A stretch of 64,000 nucleotides of DNA, from the NCBI GenBank assembly GCA_963787255.1, contig CAWBCJ010000029.1, positions 32,001 to 96,000 on the forward strand. The letters are read 5' to 3'. Shown in pieces: positions 46,428 through 58,639 of the stretch. Within the stretch, counting starts at the first letter, position 1. Each line of letters starts with the position of its first letter. The translations under genes were made by a program, and so were the position numbers. The notes beneath the pieces were generated by a model, which made no database searches, was not told the DNA's origin, and saw nothing but the letters and a program-made list of their open reading frames with translations. This stretch comes from Methanobacteriota archaeon (GTDB lineage Archaea; Methanobacteriota; Methanobacteria; Methanobacteriales; Methanobacteriaceae).

Positions 46428-47675
46428 ATGCAAATCATAGCAGATGTAGGCGGAATACCGGGTAAAGACTGTCGAGGCTTTTGTAAATATTGTTATTTTA
46501 GAAAAGTAAAGGGCACAACCGCTTTTGGATGCAGAAATTGTTCCTTAGGCAAGGTAGGGTGCGATAGCTGTTCATCAGGAGTTAGAGAAACTTTAAATGA
46601 ATTTCAACCCCCATTTTTAGTTGTAAGCTCGGTCCAGAGTACCCTTATGCTAGGAAACTACCGGGATGCTAATCTTAAAATAAATATAAGCGGTGGAGGA
46701 GACGTAAGTTGTTATCCAAACCTTATGGAGGTTGTATCCACATTTTCTGAATTTGGTCTTCCCATGCATCTGGGATATACCAGCGGTAAAGGTATAGATG
46801 ATGCTAAAATGGCTGAAGATCTTGTTTCAAAAGAAGTTAACGAAGTTACATTTACCACTTTTTCAACAAATCCTGAAGTTAGACGTGAATGGGTTAATGA
46901 TAAAACTCCAGAAGAATCTCTTAAAGCACTTCAGATCTTCTGTGAAACCGCAGAGGTGCATGCCGCTTCTGTAATCGTTCCCGGAGTGAATGATGGCGAA
47001 GATTTATTCCAAACATGCGCTACTTTAGAGGATTGGGGTGCTAAGGCATTTATACTAATGAGATTTGCAAATTTCCGTAATCAGGGTTTAATACTTGGAA
47101 ATGAACCCATACTTGAGGGTGTAAATCCACATAGCCTTGATGAATTTGAGGCACTAGTTAGAAAAATAAATGACGAATTCAACTTTAAAGTAACAGGAAC
47201 TCCCGTTTGCGATCCTGATAATGATACTCCTTTTGCAATCTCAAAGGACAAAAATAGTGAATATCTGGATATATTATCCAAAATAAATTCTGAAGCAACA
47301 ATATTAACCAGTAATATTGCAGCTCCTTATATTGAAAATATCATTGGGAAAATTGGAGCTGATGAACTCGTAAACGTTGTTGCAGTAGATCAAGACATAG
47401 GCTGCCTTATTACAAAAAAAGACCTGGAAGAAGTTGATTTCAGCCAGTTAAAAGAGACTGTACTTATCCCTGGTCGTGCTTTTGTACATGAAAAGATAGC
47501 TAACGAAGTTTTAAGCAGCGATGGTGTAGATAGACTTGTTGCTAGAGGTCCGGATAAACTATCTGTTGACGGTGAAATGAGTGGTACTTTAAGCCGTGAA
47601 GATGTTCTTAAAACGGAATTAATTGCTTTTGAAGATCTTATAGGTGCAATAAACTTCTTTGGAGTTAGAAAATAA
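46428..47675 (+). CDS. mmp10: MCR arginine methyltransferase Mmp10 (methanogenesis marker 10, radical SAM)
   Basis: CRGFCKYC radical-SAM motif, second Cys cluster, GGGD.SCYP, HLGYTSGKG; divergent from mcrB. Confidence 0.93.
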   Translation: MQIIADVGGIPGKDCRGFCKYCYFRKVKGTTAFGCRNCSLGKVGCDSCSSGVRETLNEFQPPFLVVSSVQSTLMLGNYRDANLKINISGGGDVSCYPNLMEVVSTFSEFGLPMHLGYTSGKGIDDAKMAEDLVSKEVNEVTFTTFSTNPEVRREWVNDKTPEESLKALQIFCETAEVHAASVIVPGVNDGEDLFQTCATLEDWGAKAFILMRFANFRNQGLILGNEPILEGVNPHSLDEFEALVRKINDEFNFKVTGTPVCDPDNDTPFAISKDKNSEYLDILSKINSEATILTSNIAAPYIENIIGKIGADELVNVVAVDQDIGCLITKKDLEEVDFSQLKETVLIPGRAFVHEKIANEVLSSDGVDRLVARGPDKLSVDGEMSGTLSREDVLKTELIAFEDLIGAINFFGVRK

Positions 47676-47782
47676 GAATTTATTATTTTTCATTTACTCT
47701 TTTTATGATTTATTATATTTCAGTTCGTTATTACTTTGCTCTAAACCATCAATAAATTTATCTCTTGATATAGCCCAAATTA

Positions 47783-48859
47783 CTAACTTTTTAATTCTTT
47801 TTTAAGTTTTATAAGGGTTATTTCATTTCTTGAACCAAATCTCATAGGTGGACCCCACGTTCCAGTTCCCTGAGAAACATAAAGACTTGTCCCGTTATAT
47901 TCATAGAGCCCATTGAAATATGGAAAAACAAGCCGACCCAAAAAGTTAAATGGGAAAAACTGTCCTTTATGGGTGTGACCGGAAATTTGCAGATCAATAC
48001 CTGCTTTATTTGCAGCTTTCAGTTCACTAGGTACATGATACATCAAAATTGAAGGTTTTGATTGATCTATCTCTAATTGGGAAAGCACTTTCTTAAGATG
48101 CTGTTTCTCAAATGCATAATCAACGCCTATTATTTGTATATCCTGAATTTCAACCATTTCGTCCCGTAATATGTTAATTTTTGTAGTTTTAAGGACTTCA
48201 AAAACATTTTCTAATCCATCATAAACTTCATGATTACCTATAACCAAAAATACAGGTGCTTTAAGATTATCTATCGCATTAAACATATTTGGATGTAGTT
48301 TAGCGCTGCCATCTATGGTATCTCCAGTTATCAATACAATATCTGGATTTAATGTATTCGTTTTTTCAACTATTTTCTTCATAAATCCTGAATTTCTTAT
48401 TGAACCTATATGTATGTCGCTTAGCTGAACTATTTTCGCATTCCTCTTTAAAGTAGGAATATTGATTTCAACATCCTTAATTTCAAGAGATATACTGTTT
48501 AATATAGAATATGCACTTATGACCGAAGCAAGCGCTATTATTCCAATTACTGCTGTAATTGGAGGTATATAAAAAATTAAATTGAGTATTTCGTATCCAA
48601 TCAGAATGAATATAACGAAAATGGAAATTCCCATCCATGCAGAGGAAAAGGTATAAAAAGCACGCGTAAATGCATGTGAAACTGCTCTTTCAAGGACAGT
48701 GGCCGCTGGAAAAGATATTGCAAATAAAAAAACAAGCGAATATATTGTAGTTGTGGATAACTTTAATAGATTGCCCATTGTAAAGAAGATGAAGTAGTTA
48801 AGAGCAAGAAATGAGACAAAAATTACTGACATGAATATGGCTAGTTGAATTATTCTCAT
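47783..48859 (-). CDS. Membrane-anchored metallophosphoesterase
   Basis: SDIH, TGD..D, GNHE, SGHTH.GQ, GTWGPPMR; N-terminal TMs. Confidence 0.9.
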   Translation of the reverse strand: MRIIQLAIFMSVIFVSFLALNYFIFFTMGNLLKLSTTTIYSLVFLFAISFPAATVLERAVSHAFTRAFYTFSSAWMGISIFVIFILIGYEILNLIFYIPPITAVIGIIALASVISAYSILNSISLEIKDVEINIPTLKRNAKIVQLSDIHIGSIRNSGFMKKIVEKTNTLNPDIVLITGDTIDGSAKLHPNMFNAIDNLKAPVFLVIGNHEVYDGLENVFEVLKTTKINILRDEMVEIQDIQIIGVDYAFEKQHLKKVLSQLEIDQSKPSILMYHVPSELKAANKAGIDLQISGHTHKGQFFPFNFLGRLVFPYFNGLYEYNGTSLYVSQGTGTWGPPMRFGSRNEITLIKLKKELKS

Positions 48860-48978
48860 TATTAAACTCCGGTGCAAAATAGATTTAATTACATTGATGT
48901 GATTAGATTGTATATATCAAACAAAACATTTTAATTTTTCTCTTATAAAAAAAATAAATTGCATAAATCATGAAATAA

Positions 48979-49890
48979 TTAGAGAATGGATGATTCAGGT
49001 AGTAGTTTAACCATTGTATAATCATACATGAAGGACTTTTTAATTTCAGAAACGTCCTTTAAGAAGTAATCATCAACTTTAACATTTCCAATCTCATCTT
49101 TATATTTTCCATAGTTAAGTTTAACCCTTACACCGTCAAGCTGGCTTGTTACAGGTAAAGGAGAATAAATTTCTTTAATTGCAGGTATTTGGTTTTCAAT
49201 TTCGGTTTTAACTAATATTGAGGGCACTATGGGCGGATCTTCAGAAATTTCCTTTCTTCTATCATCTAAAATACTTTCAGTAACTTCTACAAGATTTCTA
49301 AGTGCTCTAATGTTTTCTCCACGCTTTAACCTTCTTGGAATTCTTCCTAAACCTCCAACATATGCTGTTGCTCCCGGAAGTTCATCTATGTTAATGTCTG
49401 GAGCGCCGGTTACAACTACAGGTATCTCAATATCTTCAAATAGATGTTTTTTATTTAATATGCACTCCCTGAAACTTCCAAGTGCGAAAACTGCCAGGTC
49501 ATGTTCTTCAATAAGGTTTTTTTCATCTTCTGAAATTCTTGATATACCCTTTCCTGCTCCACGGGATAAACCTATCATATTATCCTTTGCACCATATCTT
49601 CTTAGGTATTCTGAAATATCACAGGCAGAATGGGGAAGATGTTGCCTTGCAAGCGTTGGAGAAACTATCGCAATTTCTGTACCGGCCATTGGAGCAACTT
49701 TTATTGTTCCAAGTAGTTCATTTGCTTTTTCTTTTACTTTATCCGTATCTTCTATAGGAACAGCGAGTGTAATTACCAGATCCATTTGACTTAAATTTTC
49801 TTGAAGCACGAACCCGCCCAGATCTTCTATTAATTCTGTTATCTCTTCATGCTTGTGAACTCCACCAGTATAAGTTAATGTTTCATACAT
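48979..49890 (-). CDS. Methanogenesis marker 7 protein
   Basis: Y.GGVH...[34 protein letters not shown]. Confidence 0.88.
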   Translation of the reverse strand: MYETLTYTGGVHKHEEITELIEDLGGFVLQENLSQMDLVITLAVPIEDTDKVKEKANELLGTIKVAPMAGTEIAIVSPTLARQHLPHSACDISEYLRRYGAKDNMIGLSRGAGKGISRISEDEKNLIEEHDLAVFALGSFRECILNKKHLFEDIEIPVVVTGAPDINIDELPGATAYVGGLGRIPRRLKRGENIRALRNLVEVTESILDDRRKEISEDPPIVPSILVKTEIENQIPAIKEIYSPLPVTSQLDGVRVKLNYGKYKDEIGNVKVDDYFLKDVSEIKKSFMYDYTMVKLLPESSIL

Positions 49891-50393
49891 AATTCTTTCT
49901 CCAGAATATTATAACGCATTTCAGCCCTTTTTATGGGATTTAATGGCACGTTTTTGTGGGAAGGTATTTCAACTGTTTTTATATTATCTTCCATTTCATT
50001 TATTTTATCTTTCATATAATCCGGATAAACTACAAAATCATAATCTTCTTTAACTATCTTAAAGCCCATATCTTCCACTATCTCTTTTAAAAAATTTGAA
50101 TAAACTTTTACTTTTATCTTTCGATTTTTATCTTTCTTAGAAAAAGTTATGTCTTTTATTTCACAATCAGTACCAAATGTTGTAGAAATTAGTTCTATGC
50201 TTTGATTAATTTGTGAAAAGGTGTTTAATTTAATTTTGATGGATTCAGTTGAAAGTTCAGATTCTGATAAAATCACTGCAATATCTGCGTTTACAGAATC
50301 TGGATCTTTAGTTACAATATATTCTGAAACACCTGCAATTTTCAATATTTCCGCACACATTGGAGTTGTTACAACTTTTAAGGAAGATTTCAT
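49875..50393 (-). CDS. Conserved hypothetical methanogen protein overlapping marker 7
   Basis: VTTPMC, KLNTF, PSH.NVP..P..RA..RY. Confidence 0.75.
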   Translation of the reverse strand: MKSSLKVVTTPMCAEILKIAGVSEYIVTKDPDSVNADIAVILSESELSTESIKIKLNTFSQINQSIELISTTFGTDCEIKDITFSKKDKNRKIKVKVYSNFLKEIVEDMGFKIVKEDYDFVVYPDYMKDKINEMEDNIKTVEIPSHKNVPLNPIKRAEMRYNILEKELCMKH

Positions 50394-50572
50394 GGTCTAT
50401 CATTGGTGTTAAAATAATTTAAATTTGATGTTTTTATTTTAGTTAAACTAAAATATTAACAATTACATAATTAATATTACAAACATGAGGTGTTCTGCAA
50501 GACACTTAATGGCATATTTAAAAGCAAAACTGGTTTAAAGACATAATTTTAAAAATTTAATTAGAAAAAAAG

Positions 50573-50848
50573 GTGATTAACATGAAAATAGACGATATTA
50601 AAGGTAAAGAAGTGATAGATGGTAACGGAAACAAAATCGGCGTAGTTGAGGATATTGATTTAGATCTTAGAAGCCGTAAAGTGGAAGGTCTTGTACTTAG
50701 AGAAGGGGGCCTTACTGCTAAAATAGGATTGGGCGATAAAAGAACTGTTCCTTGCAGTATGATTGATAAAATTGGAGAGAAAATCCTTTTAAAAGGGAAA
50801 GAATCCCTCAGCCAACATGATTTAGATGTTATAACTGGTGGAGAATAG
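50573..50848 (+). CDS. PRC-barrel domain protein
   Basis: GKEVID..G.KIG.VED..D, IDKIGEKILL; start likely ATG 50582. Confidence 0.88.
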   Translation: MINMKIDDIKGKEVIDGNGNKIGVVEDIDLDLRSRKVEGLVLREGGLTAKIGLGDKRTVPCSMIDKIGEKILLKGKESLSQHDLDVITGGE

Positions 50849-50988
50849 TTAGAAACCTATAAAAAAAGAATATAAATAACAATAAACATTATTTCTTTTT
50901 TTAATGTTAAATAATTTTTATTTTAAAATTTGAATAAAGTACACCAAAATAAATGAAATCCTAAAAACATTTCATTCATTTCCCCATA

Positions 50989-51246
50989 TTATTCATCGAA
51001 TTTTGATTTAATAAATGCTACAATAACTTTTCTGAAAAATTCTCTTTTATTAAAATCAGATAACTCATCATAAATAGATAATAGTTGGTAAGTATCGAAA
51101 AGATGATTTTTCACTGCATTTTCGACAGCTAGCATCTCTAATTCATCATCATATCCTCTATTTGACGTATTATTGAAAAAAGATCCCCCCATGCTCATTT
51201 TATATTCATCAATGATTGAATTCATCTTTTTATCATCTTTATTCAA
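50989..51246 (-). CDS. Hypothetical small acidic protein
   Basis: 85-aa ORF with GGAGG SD before TTG. Confidence 0.6.
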   Translation of the reverse strand: MNKDDKKMNSIIDEYKMSMGGSFFNNTSNRGYDDELEMLAVENAVKNHLFDTYQLLSIYDELSDFNKREFFRKVIVAFIKSKFDE

Positions 51247-51454
51247 TTTTATCCTCCCCTAACTGTAATGTGTCCTTTTTATTTTAATATGCACTTAAAG
51301 TACTTAAATTATATGAATGATGTTTTAAACTCCTTAAATCCATTTAATCTGAAAAATATGTATTTATTAATTATTTATACAAACATTTATATAATTAATT
51401 CACAATAAATTAACATAAGACCAGTCTAATTTTGGTCGAAAGGATGTGAATGAA

Positions 51455-51667
51455 TTGTTCGGAACAGATCAAGGTTCAAAAACAGCCCCTATCGAAGAAG
51501 GGAAAGAATATGATGTTAAAATAGAAGATGTGGGTAAAGAAGGCGATGGTATTACCCGTATAGAAGGTTTTGTGGTATTCGTACCAAATACAAAAGCTGG
51601 AGATGAGGTTAGAGTCAGAATTGTTTCTGTTAGAAGGCGTTTTGGTTTTGCTGAAAAAGTTGAGTAA
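51455..51667 (+). CDS. Single-TRAM-domain RNA chaperone
   Basis: [26 protein letters not shown]...FGFA; likely TTG start 51455. Confidence 0.92.
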   Translation: MFGTDQGSKTAPIEEGKEYDVKIEDVGKEGDGITRIEGFVVFVPNTKAGDEVRVRIVSVRRRFGFAEKVE

Positions 51668-51718
51668 ACTTTCCAATTAATTTTTATTTAACTAAATTAC
51701 TATTTTTGGTGCATTTTA

Positions 51719-52387
51719 ATGCAAGTTACTTTAAGTTTTGAAAAATCACTTTCCAGAGATGTTGCTGTAATGGTTGATGTTTTAAGAGCAAGCACCACCA
51801 TAACAGTTGCTTTAGACAATTTTAATCAGATTATTGCCGTAAAAGATAAAGGAAAAGCAATTGAACTTGCAGGAAAACATCAAACTGTCCTTGCAGGTGA
51901 AAGGGAAGGAGCTAAAATTGAAGGTTTTGATACAGGGAATTCACCTGTTGAAATAAAAAATTTTAGTGGAAAATGTCTTGTGCTTACTACAAGCAACGGT
52001 ACAAGGATTCTTGAGGGAATGAATGCAAAAGCATTGATTGGATCATTTATTAATGCAAAAGCGGTGGCTAAAGCAGCTTCTGAAATTGCAGATAATCATA
52101 TTGAAATTGTAATGGCAGGAGTAAGAGGACAATTTGCCATCGAGGATTTCTTAGGCGCCGGCGAGATTATATCAAACCTTACAGACTACAAACTTGATGA
52201 AATGGCACTTTCAGCTTACATGGCATCAAGAGATGATGAGATGGTCAATAAAGCAGTCCTGAATTCTAGCTCTGCTTTAGGACTTCAAAAACTTGGATAT
52301 AATAAAGATATAATTTTTAGTATTAAAAAAGATATATATAATGTAGTTCCTATTTACAAGGAAGGGATTATAAAAAAATTAGACTAA
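51719..52387 (+). CDS. comB: 2-phosphosulfolactate phosphatase (coenzyme M biosynthesis)
   Basis: [33 protein letters not shown]. Confidence 0.93.
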   Translation: MQVTLSFEKSLSRDVAVMVDVLRASTTITVALDNFNQIIAVKDKGKAIELAGKHQTVLAGEREGAKIEGFDTGNSPVEIKNFSGKCLVLTTSNGTRILEGMNAKALIGSFINAKAVAKAASEIADNHIEIVMAGVRGQFAIEDFLGAGEIISNLTDYKLDEMALSAYMASRDDEMVNKAVLNSSSALGLQKLGYNKDIIFSIKKDIYNVVPIYKEGIIKKLD

Positions 52388-52388
52388 T

Positions 52389-53561
52389 GTGAGATTTATC
52401 ATGGCGCCACAATCACTGGAAATAATTGGAACAGCACATGTTTCAGAAAAAAGTGTTGAAAAGGTAAGAAACACTATTTTAGAGAAAAAACCCGATGTTG
52501 TAGGGGTCGAATTATGCATAAACCGCTATAACAATCTAATGAATGAAAGAAATGGCATAGATCAAAAAAAGGAATTTCAAATTAAAGAATTAATAAAAGG
52601 CGACAATTTAACATTATTTTTAATAAGCGGATTTCTTTCATATATGCAACGTAAAATAGGAGATGATGTAGGAGTAAAGCCGGGGTCAGAGATGCTAGCT
52701 GCTATTGATGCCGCAAATGAAGTGGGAGCACGCGTTGCCTTAATAGATAGAGATATTTCAATCACTTTAAACAGGGCCATCAAAAAAATGAGCTTTGTTG
52801 AAAAAATGAAGTTCATATACGGCATTATAGCCTCATTTTTCAGTAAAGATGATGATATCAAAGATATCGATAGCATAACTGAAGGAGATGCATTACAAGA
52901 AGTTATGGAATATTTTCAGGAGATGTCACCGAAAGCGTACGATGTTCTGGTAACAGAAAGGGACGCTTACATGGCAAAAATGCTTTTAGATATTAATGAA
53001 GAAAATGTAGTGGCAGTTGTAGGTGCAGGGCATCAAAGCGGGATTAAAAAGTACATGGACAATCCAGATATTCTTCCTTCCTTTGAAGAGCTATTAAGTA
53101 TTAAAAAATCCAAAGTGTCGATAGGAAAAGTGGCTTTGTTCCTAATACCTATCATTTTTATCTTGATATTCGTACTGGCTTTTTTTAACGGGATAAACAT
53201 ACAGACAAGCATTTTTCAATATATTTTAATAACAAGCAGTTTATCTTTTGTTGGTTGTATTTTGTCAGGTTCAAAAATTTATTCTGCAATAACTGCATTT
53301 ATTGTCGCCCCACTAACCGTTTTACACCCTCTTCTTGCTGCAGGGTGGTTTTCAGGGCTTGTTGAGGCTAAAAAGAGAAAGGTGGGTATGAATGATTTAG
53401 CAGGCTTTAAAGAATGCGATAGTGTAAGGGATTTCTGGGACAATAATCTTTTTAGAGTACTACTTGTTGTGGTTGGAACCAATATTGGCGCCAGTATAGG
53501 GGCAATTCTTACAATACCCAATGTTTTCTATCCGCTTATAAGTAAAATTTTCGGTGGATGA
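52389..53561 (+). CDS. TraB/GumN (PrgY-like) family membrane protein
   Basis: IGTAHVS, VELC..R, PGSEM, ERD.YM, VVGAGH. Confidence 0.9.
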   Translation: MRFIMAPQSLEIIGTAHVSEKSVEKVRNTILEKKPDVVGVELCINRYNNLMNERNGIDQKKEFQIKELIKGDNLTLFLISGFLSYMQRKIGDDVGVKPGSEMLAAIDAANEVGARVALIDRDISITLNRAIKKMSFVEKMKFIYGIIASFFSKDDDIKDIDSITEGDALQEVMEYFQEMSPKAYDVLVTERDAYMAKMLLDINEENVVAVVGAGHQSGIKKYMDNPDILPSFEELLSIKKSKVSIGKVALFLIPIIFILIFVLAFFNGINIQTSIFQYILITSSLSFVGCILSGSKIYSAITAFIVAPLTVLHPLLAAGWFSGLVEAKKRKVGMNDLAGFKECDSVRDFWDNNLFRVLLVVVGTNIGASIGAILTIPNVFYPLISKIFGG

Positions 53562-53747
53562 TAACTAATTTAAACCCCCCCAAATTCATTAATTTCAATT
53601 ATCAAATAATTATAAATCAAAAAAAAATATTCCTTTTATAAATTTATTGAAAAATTTTAAATGAATTAGATGATACAATGTAATACAGTTTGTGAATAAC
53701 TAAAAATATTCATTAAACAATTTTTTACTAGGATTAAGCGTGATTTC

Positions 53748-53960
53748 ATGTACCTGATATTTAGATGCAACTGTGGGCGTGCAATGTACTCCAGAGAAGG
53801 AGTTATACAGAAAAAATGCGTCTGTGGTAATACTTTTAAATTAAAAAGTCGTCGCATCATTGCAAAGGTAGAAGATGCCCAATTAGCTTCAAAGAAAGTT
53901 AGGGAACTTCAAGAAGAAAAATATGGCGAAGCGTACTTTACAACTGCTGATAAAATCTGA
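53748..53960 (+). CDS. DUF1922-like zinc-ribbon protein
   Basis: MY.IFRC.CGR..Y, KKC.CG. Confidence 0.78.
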   Translation: MYLIFRCNCGRAMYSREGVIQKKCVCGNTFKLKSRRIIAKVEDAQLASKKVRELQEEKYGEAYFTTADKI

Positions 53961-54024
53961 AATTCTAAAACCATAAGATCAAGTTGTTAGATTTATCGGC
54001 TTAGAAAAAGGACAGTTTAATCTC

Positions 54025-55614
54025 ATGACAAGCAGTATCTATAATTTCACCAAAAAAGGCGAGAGAAAAAATATAGAATTTAAAGAAGGCTTGAAGAGGG
54101 CTTATCATCTTCAAAAAGATCGGAAGCAGCGCCTTGCATCCCAGATGAAGTATCGAATGGAGCGCGGAGATGGAGAAGCCATATATTTCATTGGCGTTGA
54201 TGACGATGGTAATTTAATAGGTCTTGACGAAGAAAATTTTGAAGAATCACTTTTTGTTTTAAAAAATATAGCGGAAGAAACAGGTTCATCTATTTTAAAG
54301 GTTGAAAAATATTCTGCAGATAATGGACAGGTGGCAAAGGTCCTGATTGGTAAAAGAAATCTTGATAAGAAGGATCATATGCTTGTAGGTGTTGCAGGGC
54401 ATGTAGATCATGGAAAAAGCACCCTCGTAGGTACTTTAACCACTGGAAACCTGGATAACGGCTCAGGTAGGACAAGGATCTTTTTAGACCTGCAAAAACA
54501 TGAAATAGAGCGTGGTCTTTCTGCAGATCTTTCTTTTGCAATATATGGATTCTGCAAAGACCAACCTTTAAGAGTTAAAAACCCCCTAAATAAAAAAGAA
54601 AAAGCAAAGCTTGTTGAAGAATGTGATAAGGTTATATCATTTGTAGACACCGTAGGGCACGAACCGTGGCTTAGAACAACCATTAGAGGAATTGTAGGTC
54701 AGAAACTTAATTATGGTCTTGTTACAGTTGCTGCAAATGAGGGTCCAACCCGTATTACTAAAGAACATCTTGGAATTATAATGGCTATGGAACTACCAGT
54801 TATAATTGCAATAACCAAAATTGACATGGTTAGCGAAGAAAAATCCCGGGAAGTTAAGAATAAAGTTTTTGAGCTCTTAAAACTGGTGGGTAGAATCCCT
54901 TACATGGTAAAAACTAGAGAAGACGCCCAATTTGTGGCTGAAAATATGAATGAACACTTGGTTCCAGTGATAAATGTTTCTTCATTAACTGGAAATGGTT
55001 TAAACCTGTTTGATGATTTATTTTTAAATTTACCCATTATTGACGATGCTGAAAATAGGGAAAAACCATTTATGATGTATATTGATAAAGTATATTCTGT
55101 TATTGGTGTTGGAACAGTTGTAAGCGGTACAATAAGACAGGGAAAAGTTAATAAAGGAGATCGATTGCTTTTAGGTCCTGATGGTTCTGGAAGATTCATT
55201 GAAGTTGGAGTTAAGACCATGGAAATGCACCACTACAAAAAAGACCATGCAGAAGTTGGTGAAGTGGTTGGTATTTCTATTACCGGCGTTGATATGGATG
55301 ATATTAAGCGAGGTATGATACTTTGCTCTTCAGATTATGAAATGAATGCTGTCAGAGATTTCGAGGCAGATGTGGCCATACTGGTGCATCCCACAACAAT
55401 TAGAGATGGTTACGAATGTATAACTCACATTGAAACAATTGCAGAAACTACGGCCTTTGAGCCTCTGGATAAAGAATACATGTCAGCAGGAGACAACGGT
55501 AAAGTTAGAATGAGATTTAAATACAGACCTTATTGTGTTAAAGAAGGTCAGAAGATAATATTCAGGGAAGGAAGAAGTAAGGGAATAGGTACGATCACCA
55601 AGATTATTGAATAA
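54025..55614 (+). CDS. Archaeal GTPBP1-like translational GTPase with N-terminal AlbA/Schlafen-like domain
   Basis: NIEFKE..GVDDDG; [18 protein letters not shown]; EF-Tu-like domains II and III. Confidence 0.9.
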   Translation: MTSSIYNFTKKGERKNIEFKEGLKRAYHLQKDRKQRLASQMKYRMERGDGEAIYFIGVDDDGNLIGLDEENFEESLFVLKNIAEETGSSILKVEKYSADNGQVAKVLIGKRNLDKKDHMLVGVAGHVDHGKSTLVGTLTTGNLDNGSGRTRIFLDLQKHEIERGLSADLSFAIYGFCKDQPLRVKNPLNKKEKAKLVEECDKVISFVDTVGHEPWLRTTIRGIVGQKLNYGLVTVAANEGPTRITKEHLGIIMAMELPVIIAITKIDMVSEEKSREVKNKVFELLKLVGRIPYMVKTREDAQFVAENMNEHLVPVINVSSLTGNGLNLFDDLFLNLPIIDDAENREKPFMMYIDKVYSVIGVGTVVSGTIRQGKVNKGDRLLLGPDGSGRFIEVGVKTMEMHHYKKDHAEVGEVVGISITGVDMDDIKRGMILCSSDYEMNAVRDFEADVAILVHPTTIRDGYECITHIETIAETTAFEPLDKEYMSAGDNGKVRMRFKYRPYCVKEGQKIIFREGRSKGIGTITKIIE

Positions 55615-55813
55615 AATTTAATCATGACCAGTAATCTATGAAACTTACATGTACGATTCAGCCACCAGAAAAGCATCTGACAGCCAATACATTTGTCAAT
55701 GTAATTGATAACATACTTTTTTAACCAGTAAATCCCTATTTTATTTTTTCATTAAAAAAACATGAATGGAATGAGATTTTAGAAAAAATAGAATAATTTT
55801 TTATGAAATTATT

Positions 55814-56653
55814 TTACAAATTTATCTCATCAAGCATTTCACATACCTTGCAAATATTCATCGATGATGGTTCGCCACATTTTTCACATTCATATAAACT
55901 GGCAGGCTTTTTTTCAAATTGGAATGTTTTATCAAAGGATTTAAGTATATTTGCCTTAATTCCTTTTCTTTTGGATTCCATTTTATTTAGAAATTCCTTC
56001 ATTTTAGACCTTGCAGACATGTGAGAATAAGGACACTCTGCAAAATGAACTTTTACCTCGTTTAAAACTGCCCACGTTCCAACATCCTTTTCAGACACCT
56101 GCCAGAGGGGTTTAATCCTTGGAATGAGCTTGGGATGAATTGTATCCAGTTTCGGTCCGAACTTTGAAAACCTTCTAAAATCTGCCCTTGCAAAGCTCAT
56201 AATAAAGGACTGTATTTCATCATCCATGTTGTGACCAGTTGCAATTTTACTGGCACCAACTTCATAAGCAGTTCGGTTTAACAAATATCTTCTAAAAACT
56301 CCACATGGTATGCATGCGCTCTTATAATTACTGAAAATATTATCAAGATTAAAATTAAATTCACCAAAAAATGATTTTTCAATTAATTCAATCTCTGCTT
56401 CTTCAGCATTTTTCCTTGCTGCTTCTACACCTTCATTTCGGTATCCAGAAATACCTTCATCAATTGTTATGGCTATTAAATTAATATTAAACTCTTCTTT
56501 AAACTTATTCAGCATGTGTAAAGTTAAAATACTGTCTTTTCCACCAGAAAGAGCTATGGCTATCGTTTCATTTTTTTCAAGCAGTTTATATTTTTCAATT
56601 GTTTTTCTTATAGTGTTTTCAATGTTTTTGTTGAAATCTTCTTTTTTAACCAT
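55814..56653 (-). CDS. TIGR00269/TtuA-NcsA family tRNA thiolation ATPase
   Basis: SGGKDS, CIPC, GHN.DD, CPY, C-terminal CxxC..CxxC. Confidence 0.88.
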   Translation of the reverse strand: MVKKEDFNKNIENTIRKTIEKYKLLEKNETIAIALSGGKDSILTLHMLNKFKEEFNINLIAITIDEGISGYRNEGVEAARKNAEEAEIELIEKSFFGEFNFNLDNIFSNYKSACIPCGVFRRYLLNRTAYEVGASKIATGHNMDDEIQSFIMSFARADFRRFSKFGPKLDTIHPKLIPRIKPLWQVSEKDVGTWAVLNEVKVHFAECPYSHMSARSKMKEFLNKMESKRKGIKANILKSFDKTFQFEKKPASLYECEKCGEPSSMNICKVCEMLDEINL

Positions 56654-56866
56654 GTGATCAAAATTATTTACTGATTATTAAAAATAATTTGTGTTGAATA
56701 AAATTTTTTTTATATTTTTATGTGAAATTTAATTAAATGGTTTCATGATTCAGATTTTAAATATTTAAGCTATTTATGGGCGCTATAAAACAAAAATTGA
56801 TTTTTAAACGTTTTTTTTTAAATATGGGAATTAAGATTTTATATTATTACATACATATTAATTATT

Positions 56867-57169
56867 ATGATAACTGCAGAACTTACCGTAATTCCTATTG
56901 GAACGGGAGACACAAGTTTAAGTAAGTATGTGGCCGTTGCTGTGTCTACTTTAGATAAAATGGGAATAAAATATCAAATAAATGGTGTAGGTACTTTAAT
57001 TGAAACAGATAATGCTGAAAAACTCTTTGATGCTGTTAAAGCTGTTCATGAAGCCATATTCAATGAAGGTGCGAAAAGAGTTTCAACTCACGTAAAAATA
57101 GATGATAGACGCGATGTTGAAAAAACAATGGAAGAAAAAGTGGAATCAGTTAAAGAAAAACTTGCATAA
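56867..57169 (+). CDS. MTH1187 family (thiamine-binding) protein
   Basis: P.GT...S.SKYV, GT.IE, RV.T..KIDDRRD. Confidence 0.9.
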   Translation: MITAELTVIPIGTGDTSLSKYVAVAVSTLDKMGIKYQINGVGTLIETDNAEKLFDAVKAVHEAIFNEGAKRVSTHVKIDDRRDVEKTMEEKVESVKEKLA

Positions 57170-57283
57170 ACCAAATAGCACCACAATTTGAAAAAATCTG
57201 TTTTTTAAATTAATTAGGTTAATTTAAAATCTAATATTTATTTTAAAACTAATAATATCACCTAAAAATTAAAAAATAGTTTA

Positions 57284-58381
57284 TTAAATTAGAAATCTAT
57301 CTGAAGCATCCTCAAGAACTGAAACTATTTTTCCAAGGTCTTCTGCCGTCAGCGCAGGATTTACCGGGATTGAAAGAACTTCTGCTGCTGCTTTTTCTGC
57401 TTCAAGACAGTTAGCAGTATACCCTAAATCTTCATAAAGTTTCTGCTTATAAATTGGTTTAGGATAATGTATCCCTGTTCCAATTCCTTCTTTGTTTAAA
57501 AAATCTCTTAATTCATCCCTTTTACCTTTACTAACTCTAATGGTATACTGGTGAAACACATGCTTCACATTTTCTTGGACAAACGGGGGTTCAATACCTT
57601 CAATATATTTTATATGCTCTGTAAGATATTCTGCGTTTTCAATTCTTTTTTCATTAAACCCATCAAGCCTTTTAAGTTGAACAACCCCTATTGCAGCGGC
57701 AATATCAGTCATTCGGAAATTATAACCTAAAATAACGTGTTCATATCTTTCGCTTTCACCGTGTGCTCTTAAAGCACGGGCATCATGATCAAATTCCTTA
57801 TTATTAGTGGTTATTATACCCCCTTCGCTTGTGGTGATGTTTTTTGTAGGATAAAAGCTGAAACATCCCATATCTCCCCATAGGCCCACATTAATATTAT
57901 TATATACCGCACCGTGAGCCTGTGCAGCATCTTCAATTACCTTCAAACCATGATTTTCAGCTATTTTATTTATCTTGCCCATATCTGCAGGCTGACCATA
58001 AAGATGAACAGGCATTATAGCCTTGGTTTTATCTGTTATGGCTTCTTCAATTAATTTAGGATTTATATTATACGTTTTTGGGTCAATATCTACAAAAACA
58101 GGCTTAGCACCAACATAAAGAATGGTGTTTGCAGTTGCAGCAAATGAAAAAGGAGTTGTTATCACTTCATCATCTTTACTTATTCCTGCACAAAGAAGAG
58201 CAACGTGCAGTGCAGTAGTCCCTGAACTTGTGGCGATAGCATGGCGAGTTCCTATATACCCTGCAAATTTTTCTTCAAATTCGGCCACTTTTGGCCCCTG
58301 TGCTATAAATCCTGACCTTAAAACAGATTCTACTTCCTTTATTTCCTCATCACCGATAAAAGGTTTGGCAATTGGTATCAT
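57284..58381 (-). CDS. DegT/DnrJ/EryC1/StrS sugar aminotransferase
   Basis: [34 protein letters not shown]. Confidence 0.93.
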   Translation of the reverse strand: MIPIAKPFIGDEEIKEVESVLRSGFIAQGPKVAEFEEKFAGYIGTRHAIATSSGTTALHVALLCAGISKDDEVITTPFSFAATANTILYVGAKPVFVDIDPKTYNINPKLIEEAITDKTKAIMPVHLYGQPADMGKINKIAENHGLKVIEDAAQAHGAVYNNINVGLWGDMGCFSFYPTKNITTSEGGIITTNNKEFDHDARALRAHGESERYEHVILGYNFRMTDIAAAIGVVQLKRLDGFNEKRIENAEYLTEHIKYIEGIEPPFVQENVKHVFHQYTIRVSKGKRDELRDFLNKEGIGTGIHYPKPIYKQKLYEDLGYTANCLEAEKAAAEVLSIPVNPALTAEDLGKIVSVLEDASDRFLI

Positions 58382-58639
58382 TGATTATCACCCATAATAA
58401 TATGTACAAAATTAAGTTCAAATTAAAAAATATTTTATATTATATTATTTCAGTTATAATTGTATAAATACATTAATTTAATTTTCTAAAAATTTAAATG
58501 AGATATAATGATAAAAATTAAAATAAACAGTCCAATAATCCTTTTAAATCAAAAAAATGCATTTAAATCCAATTTTATACCCATTACCTGCTTTAATTTA
58601 TTTATATCTTAGTATCTCTTTTTATTTTAATTTATAAAG

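Noticed and set aside
55630-55735. Minus-strand stretch translating KYVINYIDKCIGCQMLFWWLNRTC, reminiscent of an iron-sulfur flavoprotein or ferredoxin remnant
   Set aside because: Too short, with no start or SD; a single CxxC could be chance. It needs a blastx search before being called.
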